Assembly: GCA_902510025.1 (NCBI GenBank)
Contig: CABWZX010000001.1
Location: forward strand, 1,133 to 65,132
Source of the DNA: an uncultured Pelagibacteraceae bacterium
GTDB lineage: Bacteria > Pseudomonadota > Alphaproteobacteria > Pelagibacterales > AG-422-B15
Reading direction: 5' to 3'
DNA: 64,000 bases
The position numbers and the translations under genes are program-made. Shown here piece by piece: positions 28,060 through 36,879 of this stretch. Each line of letters opens with the position of its first letter. Position 1 is the stretch's first letter. The notes under the pieces are model-generated. The model searched no databases. It worked only from the letters and a program-made list of their open reading frames with translations, and was not told where the DNA came from.

Positions 28060-28407
28060 ATGGAACCGGTACATTTATTACTTAAATTCTGGGAAGAGCA
28101 GATGAGAAAATCTCATCGTTCAAGTAATTTCTTTTTTCGTAAAACACCTTCACATTATCACATGATGTTATTAGTAATGTCTGCTTACTATAATCAAAAA
28201 ACATTATCAGTTGAGGAATTAAAAACAAAGTTATTTAATACATCAAGACCTAAATCCTCAATGATCATTACAGAAGCATGTGAAAGAGGATTTTTTTATT
28301 TGGAAAGAACTGACGTAGATAAGCGTCGGAAACACATCAAACCAAGTGAGTTATTTATCAAAGAATTCACAGATTACTTGGAAACACTAAAAAACATCAG
28401 TACCTAA
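28060..28407 (+). CDS. Small winged-helix (MarR-like) putative transcriptional regulator
   Basis: 'LSVEELKTKLFNTSRPKSSMIITEACERGFFYLERTDVDKRRKHIKPSE' resembles a MarR-type wHTH wing (D-x-R-R...). Start codon uncertain. Confidence 0.45.
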   Translation: MEPVHLLLKFWEEQMRKSHRSSNFFFRKTPSHYHMMLLVMSAYYNQKTLSVEELKTKLFNTSRPKSSMIITEACERGFFYLERTDVDKRRKHIKPSELFIKEFTDYLETLKNIST

Positions 28408-28523
28408 GCCGATAAAAATATATCCTTTTTATATATTTTTTTTATTTCTAAATTAAAATATTTTAAATGAGCCATTTCAAATGCTTATCTAAAATTAACA
28501 ATTATTAAATATATTAATTATAT

Positions 28524-29780
28524 ATGAAAAAGTACTCGGTCTTTAGTTTGATTAAGAACGCTTTGTCCCATCATCAAAATTGGGATGTTGCATGGAGAGA
28601 TCCTGAACCAAAAAAAGAATATGAAGTAATAATTATTGGTGGTGGTGGTCACGGTTTAGCTACAGCATATTATCTTGCAAAAAATTTTAATATTCGAAAT
28701 GTTGCGATCCTTGAAAAAGGATGGATAGGAGGAGGGAATGTTGGAAGGAATACAACAATCCTTCGCTCTAACTATATGTATAACGCAAACAATCTCTTTT
28801 ATGAAGAAGGGATGAAAATGTGGAGAAATTTGAGTCAAGAATTGAATTATAATGTGATGTATTCTCCTCGTAACATTCTTAACCTTGCACACTCTGATGC
28901 ACAAATGAATGCTTATTCTAGAAGAGGAAACTCTATGCGCCTCAATGGTATTGATGCTCAATTGCTATATAGAGAAGACATAAAAAAAATTATTCCCTTT
29001 GCTGATTTCTCTTCAAATTGTCGTTTTCCAATTTTTGGAGCATTAAGGCAACCTGCCGGTGGAACTGCAAGACATGATGCTGTTGCTTGGGGTTATGCAA
29101 GAGGGGCTGATGACCTTGGAGTTGATATAATTCAGAACTGTGAAGTAACTGGTTTTGATGTCAATAATGGAAAAATTCAAGGAGTCCAAACTTCTCGGGG
29201 AAATATTAAAACAAAAAAAATTGGCCTTTGTGTTGCTGGAAGTACTTCGCTGCTTGCTGAAAAACTAAATATGACACTGCCTATCGAAGCGCACGTTTTA
29301 CAAGCTTGTGTATCAGAACCAATTAAACCTCTACTTGATCAAGTAGTAACATTTGGAGCAGGTCATTTCTACTGCAGTCAATCTGATAAAGGTGAGATGG
29401 TGATGGGTGGCGATCTTGATGGTTACAACAGTTATGCACAAAGAGGAAACTTACCAACTATTCAACATGTATTGACTGAAGGTGTCGCCCTCTTCCCTAA
29501 TCTTAGTCGTTTAAAAATATTAAGAACTTGGGGTGGAATTATGGATATGTCTATGGATACTTCTCCAATTATAGATAAAACTCATATTGACGGATTGTAT
29601 TTAAATTGTGGTTGGTGCTATGGTGGATTTAAAGCCACTCCAGTATCTGGATTAACCTTTGCCCACACGATCGCTAAAGACGAAGTTCATGAATTAAATG
29701 CACCTTTTAGACTTGATAGATTCCACACTGGCCATCTGATTGATGAAAAAGGAATTGGAACAAAAACCTGGATTAGTTAA
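28524..29780 (+). CDS. soxB: Heterotetrameric sarcosine oxidase family, beta subunit (SoxB/MgdA-like)
   Basis: 'VIIIGGGGHGLATAYYLA' FAD fold and 'GGTARHDAVAWGY' (FMN-linking His region). First gene of a B-D-A-G array. Confidence 0.85.
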   Translation: MKKYSVFSLIKNALSHHQNWDVAWRDPEPKKEYEVIIIGGGGHGLATAYYLAKNFNIRNVAILEKGWIGGGNVGRNTTILRSNYMYNANNLFYEEGMKMWRNLSQELNYNVMYSPRNILNLAHSDAQMNAYSRRGNSMRLNGIDAQLLYREDIKKIIPFADFSSNCRFPIFGALRQPAGGTARHDAVAWGYARGADDLGVDIIQNCEVTGFDVNNGKIQGVQTSRGNIKTKKIGLCVAGSTSLLAEKLNMTLPIEAHVLQACVSEPIKPLLDQVVTFGAGHFYCSQSDKGEMVMGGDLDGYNSYAQRGNLPTIQHVLTEGVALFPNLSRLKILRTWGGIMDMSMDTSPIIDKTHIDGLYLNCGWCYGGFKATPVSGLTFAHTIAKDEVHELNAPFRLDRFHTGHLIDEKGIGTKTWIS

Positions 29781-29782
29781 CA

Positions 29783-30061
29783 ATGCTTGAAATTAAATGT
29801 CCATATTGCGGTAAACGTTCCCAAAATGAATTTGCGTATGGTGGAGATGCAACTGTAAAGCGTCCTGAATTGAACAAAGAAGTACCAGACGAAGAATGGG
29901 ACACTTTTGTTTATTACAGAAAAAATCCGCGCGGTAATCATCTCGAACTCTGGCATCATATTTCTGGCTGTAGACAATGGTTTAAAGCAAAAAGAAACAC
30001 TGCAACTCATGAAATTATTGATACATTTGAGCTTAGTGATGACATTGGAGATGCATCATGA
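29783..30061 (+). CDS. soxD: Sarcosine oxidase family, delta subunit
   Basis: 92 aa with 'CPYCGKRSQNEFAYGGDA' and 'WHHISGCRQWF' Zn-ribbon-like motifs typical of SoxD. Confidence 0.85.
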   Translation: MLEIKCPYCGKRSQNEFAYGGDATVKRPELNKEVPDEEWDTFVYYRKNPRGNHLELWHHISGCRQWFKAKRNTATHEIIDTFELSDDIGDAS

Positions 30062-33054
30062 CACAAAATTACAGATTAAAAGATATTGGGCGTATAGATA
30101 GAAACCATGAAATTTCATTCATATTTAATGGTAAAAAATATTTTGGCTATAAGGGAGACACTTTAGCATCAGCTCTTTTAGCTAATGGCGTCCATCTAAT
30201 TGCCAGAAGTTTTAAATACCATAGACCTAGAGGAATATTGGCAGCAGGAGTTGACGACCCGAGTGCAAAAGTTCAATTAATTAAAGATGGCTATTCTGAA
30301 CCAAATATTAATCTTACAGAGTTTGAACTAGTTGAAGGTCTTGAGCTCCAGAGTCAAAACTGTTGGCCTTCTGTTAGTGTTGATGTTGGAGAAATAAATA
30401 ATTTATTAAATAGATTCTTTCCAGCGGGATTTTATTACAAAACATTTATGTGGCCAAAAAGTTTTTGGTATAGCATTTATGAGCCATTCATTAGAAAAGC
30501 TGCAGGATTTGGAGTTGCTTCATTAGATCCTGATCCAGATAGATACGAACATCAATATGAACACTGTGATGTTCTTGTTGTAGGTTCTGGACCATCAGGA
30601 CTTTCAAGTGCATTAGCAGCAGCTAAGAATGGTGCAAGAGTTATCCTTGCTGAGGATAAACCCCGGTTTGGTGGAAGTTTGTTAACTGATGAAGTCACAA
30701 TTGGAAATAAAAAAGGAGAAGAATGGGTTGATGATGTTATCTCTGAATTAAAGTCAATGCCGAATGTTATTATAAAAAGCAGGTCACAAGTTTTTGGCTA
30801 TTATGATCATAATATGTTGGTTATGTTTGAAAGAAAAAGAGACCATCTTCAAGACCCTGCAAAATTTACTCCAAGAGAAAAACTTTGGTATATACGAGCA
30901 AAAGAAGTCATTATTTCAACTGGTTCAATTGAACGTCCACTTGTCTTTGCTAATAATGACAGACCAGGAATAATGCTGGCATCTGCAGCCAAAGAATATT
31001 TAAAGGTTTATGGCGTCGCCGTTGGTAAAAAACCTCTTATTTTCACAAATAATGATAGCGCTTATGAAACTGCTATTGAATTTAAAAATAATGGTATCCA
31101 ACCTACTATCGTAGACACCAGAGCTTCTTCAGAAAATCAACTTGTAAATGAGGCTCAGAAGATGGGTATAGATATATTGTTTGAAAATGGGATTGCAAAT
31201 ACTTCGGGCCATCTGAAAGTAAAGTCAGCAACAGTTGGAAAATTAAATAATGAGAAAAATTCATTTACCAATCTTCAAAAAATTGATTGTGATTGTATTT
31301 GTGTTTCAGGAAACTGGACTCCAACTGTCCATCTTGCTTCACAATCAGGAAATAAACTAAAGTTTGATGAAGAATCTGACACTTTCCTTCCAAACCAATC
31401 TAGACAACAGGAAACTGTTGTTGGCGCTGCTAATGGATCTTTTACTCTAAAAGAATCATTGGATGAAGGGTTTGAACAAGGTTTTAAAATCTCTAGTAAG
31501 ATTACAAACAAAAATAATAAAACAAACGCACCGATATCTGATGAAAAAAGTTTAGGTAAACATGATAAATTCTGGTGTATGCCTCTTCCTGAAGGAAAAC
31601 ATTACAAAAGATTTGTGGACTTTCAGAATGATGTTGCAGTATCAGATATTGAACTTGCGGTAAGAGAAGGATTTCGTTCAATTGAACACGTAAAAAGATA
31701 CACAACTCTTGGTATGGCAACTGATCAAGGTAAAACAAGTAACTTAAATGGATTACAACTTGTATCAAATATTGAAAAGAAAATTGTCCCAGAAGTTGGA
31801 CATACTACTTTCCGACCACCATATACCTCGGTAACTATTGGAACAATTATTGGCCGTGAAGTAAGCAAATATTATAGAGCTACTCGAAAATCTCCAATGC
31901 ACGAATGGCATGAAAGAAACAATGCTGTGTTTGTAGATGCAGGCTTATGGTTAAGACCACGCTATTATAAACATGGTAATGAAACTCTTCAGGAGGCAGC
32001 TAAAAGAGAGGCTGCAAATGTGCGAAAAAATGTTGGTATCTGTGATGTAACTTCACTGGGTAAAATTGATATAAAAGGACCAGATTCCGCAGAGTTTTTA
32101 AACAGGGTTTATACAAACGCTTGGCTAAAATTACCAGTTGGTAAAGCCCGATATGGCGTAATGCTGCGTGAAGATGGAATGGTTTTTGATGATGGAACAA
32201 CAACTCGAATTAGTGAAAATCATTTTCATATGACAACAACAACAGCGCAGGCAGCTAATGTTCTCTCTCATCTGGAATATTATCTTCAAATAGTATGGCC
32301 TGAACTTGAAGTTAATGTTTTATCAACTACTGAACAATGGGCAGGTGCCGCAATAGCTGGACCAAAATCAAGAGAGCTATTAAGCAAACTATTTCCAAAT
32401 GAAGATATATCTAATGAAGGTCTCCCATTTATGGGATATAGAGAATTTAAATTTTTTGATACAACGGCTCGTGTATTTAGAATCTCTTTCTCAGGAGAAC
32501 TTGCATATGAAGTCAATGTAATGTCTGACTTTGGTGAATTCATGTGGGATAAAATTATTGAAGCTGGTGAAGGATTAGGAATACAACCATATGGAACTGA
32601 GGCTTTATCTACACTAAGAATTGAAATGGGACATGTCGCAGGCTCAGAAATTGACGGAAGATTAATTTCATATGATTTGGCTCTTGATGGAATGTTAAGT
32701 AAGAAAAAAGATTTCATCGGAAAAAGATCTTTAAACAGAGTAGCCTTTAATGATGAAAATAGAGAAAGGATTGTTGGAATTGTTCCAATTGATAAAAAAA
32801 CTTCAATCCCTGAAGGATCATATATTGTAGAAGATCCAAATGCAGCATTTCCAATTCCAAAATTAGGTCATGTTTCTGCTTCTTGCTGGAGTGTTGAACG
32901 CAATAATCCTTTTTCATTAGCAATTATAAAAAATGGTAAAAATAGAAAAGGAGAAAAACTATTTGCAGTATCTCCTGTAAAAAATATGAGTATTCCTGTT
33001 GAGGTTGTTAGTCAGCACTATGTGGACCCTGATGGAGAAAGAGTAAGATCATGA
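30058..33054 (+). CDS. soxA: Sarcosine oxidase family, alpha subunit
   Basis: 998 aa with NAD/FAD fold 'VLVVGSGPSGLSSALAAA' and a C-terminal GcvT-like THF domain ('FSGELAYEV'). ATGA overlap with soxD. Confidence 0.85.
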   Translation: MTQNYRLKDIGRIDRNHEISFIFNGKKYFGYKGDTLASALLANGVHLIARSFKYHRPRGILAAGVDDPSAKVQLIKDGYSEPNINLTEFELVEGLELQSQNCWPSVSVDVGEINNLLNRFFPAGFYYKTFMWPKSFWYSIYEPFIRKAAGFGVASLDPDPDRYEHQYEHCDVLVVGSGPSGLSSALAAAKNGARVILAEDKPRFGGSLLTDEVTIGNKKGEEWVDDVISELKSMPNVIIKSRSQVFGYYDHNMLVMFERKRDHLQDPAKFTPREKLWYIRAKEVIISTGSIERPLVFANNDRPGIMLASAAKEYLKVYGVAVGKKPLIFTNNDSAYETAIEFKNNGIQPTIVDTRASSENQLVNEAQKMGIDILFENGIANTSGHLKVKSATVGKLNNEKNSFTNLQKIDCDCICVSGNWTPTVHLASQSGNKLKFDEESDTFLPNQSRQQETVVGAANGSFTLKESLDEGFEQGFKISSKITNKNNKTNAPISDEKSLGKHDKFWCMPLPEGKHYKRFVDFQNDVAVSDIELAVREGFRSIEHVKRYTTLGMATDQGKTSNLNGLQLVSNIEKKIVPEVGHTTFRPPYTSVTIGTIIGREVSKYYRATRKSPMHEWHERNNAVFVDAGLWLRPRYYKHGNETLQEAAKREAANVRKNVGICDVTSLGKIDIKGPDSAEFLNRVYTNAWLKLPVGKARYGVMLREDGMVFDDGTTTRISENHFHMTTTTAQAANVLSHLEYYLQIVWPELEVNVLSTTEQWAGAAIAGPKSRELLSKLFPNEDISNEGLPFMGYREFKFFDTTARVFRISFSGELAYEVNVMSDFGEFMWDKIIEAGEGLGIQPYGTEALSTLRIEMGHVAGSEIDGRLISYDLALDGMLSKKKDFIGKRSLNRVAFNDENRERIVGIVPIDKKTSIPEGSYIVEDPNAAFPIPKLGHVSASCWSVERNNPFSLAIIKNGKNRKGEKLFAVSPVKNMSIPVEVVSQHYVDPDGERVRS

Positions 33055-33638
33055 GTAGAATTTCTCCTCTTCAGAACGCTCATAACAAAGGTCTGTTTGG
33101 CGATTATCAAGAAAAAAATGAAGGTAATCTGTTAAAAATCAGAGAAATTACTGATGTAAATATTTATCAAGTTGTTCAATATAAAAAATCATCTGTTGCA
33201 ACTAGTAATATCCAGCTTGGTTCAATTAAATTACCTGCTAATGCAGCAGAAGTCTCAGTTGATGGGCAAACAAGAGTACAATGGTTTGCTCCGCGCTCAT
33301 GGATCATCTTTTCAAATGATAATAATATTTCATCTGTTATAGAAAATACCTTTAATAATGAAGATTTTGCAGTAACTGACGTCTCACACTCAAGAGCAAT
33401 CATTCAAATAAAAGGTGAAGATGCTTTAAATGTCCTTAAAAAAGGATGCCCTATCAATTTTAATGAGTTTAAGAAAAATAACTGTGTGAACTCAGTATAT
33501 CATGGAATTACAATCTCAGTTGATATGATAGATGACAGTCCTTTGACATTTAATTTAATGGCCTTAAGAAGTTTCAGTGAGTCCTTTCACCACGCTATTA
33601 CCGATGCAGCTCTTGAATATGGTTATTCAGGCCAGTAA
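33051..33638 (+). CDS. soxG: Sarcosine oxidase family, gamma subunit
   Basis: 195 aa with an ATGA overlap with soxA. Size and position match SoxG. The sequence itself is poorly diagnostic. Confidence 0.7.
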   Translation: MSRISPLQNAHNKGLFGDYQEKNEGNLLKIREITDVNIYQVVQYKKSSVATSNIQLGSIKLPANAAEVSVDGQTRVQWFAPRSWIIFSNDNNISSVIENTFNNEDFAVTDVSHSRAIIQIKGEDALNVLKKGCPINFNEFKKNNCVNSVYHGITISVDMIDDSPLTFNLMALRSFSESFHHAITDAALEYGYSGQ

Positions 33639-33862
33639 ATCGCTCTAAGTTATTGTTTCGACTCTTTTTTTTACCCCTACTTTTCTAACGATTTTATTTT
33701 GGTGAGTCTTTTCAAGAACTTATTTGAAAACGACCGCCTAACTCCCGCCTTCTCGTTAAAAAATTTGGTTGGTCCGACCTACGACAGGGGTTTTGTTCAA
33801 CCGACACCATCAATCTAAAATATGGGGGATCGTTGAGTATATAGGGGGGTTTGTTAACTAAA

Positions 33863-33893
33863 TTGCCTTTTCTTATATCTGAGATAAGATTTT
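33863..33893 (+). promoter_or_regulatory. Promoter-like cassette, copy 1 (TTGCCT-N16-TAAGAT), 6 nt before an ATG
   Basis: TTGCCT (33863-68), a 16-nt spacer containing TATC-TGA-GATA, then TAAGAT (33885-90). ATG at 33897 implies a leaderless or near-leaderless mRNA. 28/31 identical to copy 2. Confidence 0.4.
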
Positions 33894-33896
33894 GGT

Positions 33897-34685
33897 ATGA
33901 CTAGAGCAAAGTTTTTTTGGATTAATTTATTCTTCATAATTTTTACAAATCTAGCGGCAATATATTCATTTAGAGATGAAGGTTTACATGGAGTAATTGT
34001 TATAATTTCTCTCATTATTTTATTCATAATCTCAATTAAAAGACTGCAGAATATTGGAATTAGTAGTTTGTGGGTAATCTTATACCTTATACCTCTTGTT
34101 AATTTCTTTTTCTGGTTTTTTCTCCTTTTTAAATCTCCAAAGGATGCTAGGAAAAAAGCAATACAAAATAAAATCTCAGATCATCAAAAAGAACTCGATA
34201 GACTCAAGGATGAACTTGGTCAATATGAGCAAGATTCAAAAGTTATTTCTAGAATGGGAGAAGATAATTTAAAAAATATAACAACAAAATCTATACAAGG
34301 GTCAGCTCAAGTACCTCAAGAATTAAAAGCCATTATTCAAGGTGCTGGAATGTGCATTATGTTAGCTACATGGCATAAAAAAAATGCAGATTTAATTAAT
34401 GATCCTTATGTTATTGGATATGTATATGGATTTGCTGATAAAATTAATCAAGCATCCAATCTAAGGGTAGGATCATATGAAGCAAAGAGTGTAGTTGACT
34501 CAATGTATGCCTCTATTTTTGATAATTGGGATTTAGCATTTAAGCAGATGATTAAATATACCGAACTTGCTGATTCAACATTTCAATCTGCCGTTCAAGA
34601 TGGAGGGGATGATATGGGATTAGTTGTGAGAAAGAAAATTACAGTTGCTGAAAAACTATTAAATCATATGGACAGGAATTATTAA
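33897..34685 (+). CDS. Membrane protein with DUF805-like N-terminus, coiled-coil linker and unknown C-terminal domain
   Basis: N-terminal 'IKRLQNIGISSLWVILYLIPLVNFFFWFFLLF' resembles the DUF805 (YhaH/YhaI) motif. It is followed by 'HQKELDRLKDELGQYEQ' and a roughly 130-aa unrecognised domain. Confidence 0.5.
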   Translation: MTRAKFFWINLFFIIFTNLAAIYSFRDEGLHGVIVIISLIILFIISIKRLQNIGISSLWVILYLIPLVNFFFWFFLLFKSPKDARKKAIQNKISDHQKELDRLKDELGQYEQDSKVISRMGEDNLKNITTKSIQGSAQVPQELKAIIQGAGMCIMLATWHKKNADLINDPYVIGYVYGFADKINQASNLRVGSYEAKSVVDSMYASIFDNWDLAFKQMIKYTELADSTFQSAVQDGGDDMGLVVRKKITVAEKLLNHMDRNY

Positions 34686-34693
34686 TTGATTAA

Positions 34694-34927
34694 TTGCTTA
34701 TGACATTAGGAGATATTGGAATCATGATTATCTCATTATTTGCATGTGTGGGTTTTTATTATGTTTTTAAGGATCCAGTAGAAAGATTTCAACAATATAT
34801 TGATCGTTCCCCAATAATTAAAAAGTTCCTTGGCAGAGCATCTACTTTCTTTGGAGTTACCGTTTCATTAATTATTATTGGTGGAATTATTTTAAGCTTA
34901 GTTGAGCTGATCCAATGGATTCTATAA
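34694..34927 (+). CDS. Small two-TM membrane protein
   Basis: 77 aa with two hydrophobic spans. TTG start at 34694, or ATG at 34700. Confidence 0.4.
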   Translation: MLMTLGDIGIMIISLFACVGFYYVFKDPVERFQQYIDRSPIIKKFLGRASTFFGVTVSLIIIGGIILSLVELIQWIL

Positions 34928-34950
34928 ACCTGTCTAAACTAATGGACAGT

Positions 34951-34981
34951 TTGCCTTTTCTGGTATCTGGGATAAGATTTT
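34951..34981 (+). promoter_or_regulatory. Promoter-like cassette, copy 2 (TTGCCT-N16-TAAGAT)
   Basis: TTGCCT (34951-56), a 16-nt spacer containing TATC-TGG-GATA, then TAAGAT (34973-78). ATG at 34989. Confidence 0.4.
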
Positions 34982-34988
34982 AACTGCA

Positions 34989-35441
34989 ATGACACTAAAA
35001 GTCCCCATTGAATTAACCACTAAAATAAAAGCTTGGGCGCCTTCTTCTTACCCCGTTGATTTAAGTTATGGTGAATATGTTTTCGGAGGTGAAGCAGAAA
35101 CAGCTATTGCTCTTGCGAAGACAACTGATAATACTGAAGTGGTTGTGGGCTTTAATGTTCCATGTTCATGCTGGCAGGAAATTAGTAGCGCTAAATCAGA
35201 AATTGCCAGAGTCCACGATCTACCTGATATGATAGATAAGTTTTTGGATAGGAGAGCTAAAAGATTTTATGATTTAACAAGAGTCAATAAAACAAATGAA
35301 CGGAACCCCATAAGTGTAAAAATATTTAGGGCAAAGAAAATTGCATATTGGACTTTCATAATATTCATTCTCTATGGAATCTTTACGGGTGACCTTTGGG
35401 ACTTAATCCAGGCAATAAGTGTCCAAAATATATTTAAATAG
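34989..35441 (+). CDS. Hypothetical protein with C-terminal TM anchor
   Basis: 150 aa with a C-terminal 'IAYWTFIIFILYGIFTG' TM. No family recognised. Confidence 0.45.
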   Translation: MTLKVPIELTTKIKAWAPSSYPVDLSYGEYVFGGEAETAIALAKTTDNTEVVVGFNVPCSCWQEISSAKSEIARVHDLPDMIDKFLDRRAKRFYDLTRVNKTNERNPISVKIFRAKKIAYWTFIIFILYGIFTGDLWDLIQAISVQNIFK

Positions 35442-35462
35442 TTTTCAATTAACCACTACACT

Positions 35463-35798
35463 TTAATTCAAAACCTTCTTAAAATATTTATGATAAACTT
35501 CATTCTGAACCATCTCTTCGGTCATGTCTTCTTTGATTCTTTCAATCCTTTCATCATCATATCCTGAGATGCCATATTGAGGGTGAAGATATTTTCCCAC
35601 TCCTACATCTATGAACACCCATCTTTTCTTATCAAAACTGTATGCACCAAGACCAAAGTTTCCTGATTTAAGTTTCACAATTCCAAGTATATTTCCGTTA
35701 TCACTCATAAGGTTTGTAATTTCTAGTGGTTTAGCAAGTTCTCCATCATCCTTGCCTAGTTGAATATCTTTTACAAAAGCTTCTGGTTTTTTACTCAT
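35463..35798 (-). CDS. Hypothetical soluble protein
   Basis: 111 aa. Preceded on its strand by 'GGATAAGATTTTGAG-ATG' (35802-35813), which shares the GATAAGATTTT core of the two cassettes. Confidence 0.45.
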   Translation of the reverse strand: MSKKPEAFVKDIQLGKDDGELAKPLEITNLMSDNGNILGIVKLKSGNFGLGAYSFDKKRWVFIDVGVGKYLHPQYGISGYDDERIERIKEDMTEEMVQNEVYHKYFKKVLN

Positions 35799-35814
35799 CT
35801 CAAAATCTTATCCA

Positions 35815-36144
35815 TTAAAATAATTTTTCTATACGTTCACAATTCGCAGTAAAAAATTCATCTCGGGATCCATCATCTTCGATTCTCCACTGACGAAAAT
35901 ATCCAGAAAGTCTATCAATCTTTAGATACTCATTTGACGAATCAGCTTTGGCTACAATGAGATCATCTCTCACAAAGAACATATTGAACAAGTAATCATC
36001 AAGCCACATCTTTTGTTTATCAAGATTTATATCAAGCTCTTTGGTATGCAAACCCATTTCACCCTTACACGAAAGATATATCTCTTCAGCACTAGCCAAA
36101 GACATAAAGCCTAACAGTATCAATATAGAGAGTAGGTGTTTCAT
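35815..36144 (-). CDS. Small secreted protein
   Basis: Signal peptide 'MKHLLSILILLGFMSLASA' and two Cys in the mature part. Confidence 0.5.
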   Translation of the reverse strand: MKHLLSILILLGFMSLASAEEIYLSCKGEMGLHTKELDINLDKQKMWLDDYLFNMFFVRDDLIVAKADSSNEYLKIDRLSGYFRQWRIEDDGSRDEFFTANCERIEKLF

Positions 36145-36154
36145 TTTATTATTT

Positions 36155-36349
36155 TTACTTATCAGTCTTATTCTTAACTATCTTAGAGGGCGTCCAATCG
36201 TATTCATCCTCAACAACCATTCTATGCACTCTATTATTAGTCTTATCTATAACATAGTATTCAGTTTTTTTATCTCTGAGGTTAGGCTCTTTATCTGGGA
36301 TAGGTATTTGCCACCATTTTTTTTTAGTCATCTTTGCCAACATTTTCAC
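36155..36349 (-). CDS. Hypothetical small basic protein
   Basis: 64-aa ORF that overlaps the upstream ORF's 3' end by 26 nt. No recognisable domain. Confidence 0.3.
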   Translation of the reverse strand: MKMLAKMTKKKWWQIPIPDKEPNLRDKKTEYYVIDKTNNRVHRMVVEDEYDWTPSKIVKNKTDK

Positions 36350-36692
36350 TATGATACTGAGTGCTTAAAAGCGTTTTATTTGAAGCAATAAAGCCGAGTA
36401 TGAATCCTATTACGCCCCATGCATAGCCTTGTATAATCAATGTATCAAAAAAAATTATTAGGTAATTACTATTAAATAGCAAATAACCACATAAAGCTGC
36501 ACATGAAAGTCCTATAATGCTACCGATTATTTTTGCTCCAAACTCAGCATATAGTGATCCACGCATTCCTGCTCCAGAGCCCCACATAAATAAAGGACAA
36601 AATATAGCTACAGCCCACTCAATTGTTGTCCAGCCAACTAATACTGTGGTGAAAAAGTAAAATAAAGATATGTAAAGAAATCCTCTCGTCAT
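36324..36692 (-). CDS. Small polytopic membrane protein (4 TM)
   Basis: Hydrophobic Gly-rich TM segments. I prefer ATG at 36692 (RBS 'taaggt' 8 nt upstream) over the listed TTG at 36698. Confidence 0.45.
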   Translation of the reverse strand: MTRGFLYISLFYFFTTVLVGWTTIEWAVAIFCPLFMWGSGAGMRGSLYAEFGAKIIGSIIGLSCAALCGYLLFNSNYLIIFFDTLIIQGYAWGVIGFILGFIASNKTLLSTQYHSENVGKDD

Positions 36693-36879
36693 TTCCAAAC
36701 CTTACCCTATTAATCGTAATTATTTAATTACAAACTACCGCCAAAGTCTCCTACTATGTGGAGAAATCTAGATACGTTTTAAGAGAACTAATGTAACGAT
36801 AGTGAGTAAAATATCTTTGTGTACTGCCGTATTTATAGATATCATTAGATTAATTTAACGGTTATTCAGGCGAATAAAT

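Noticed and set aside
33760-33812. Possible tRNA or tRNA-fragment (att-like) because of '...ggttttgttcaaccgacacca'.
   Set aside because: No T-arm consensus (GGTTCGAATCC-like), no acceptor-stem complementarity and no cloverleaf could be drawn on either strand. No integrase is nearby.
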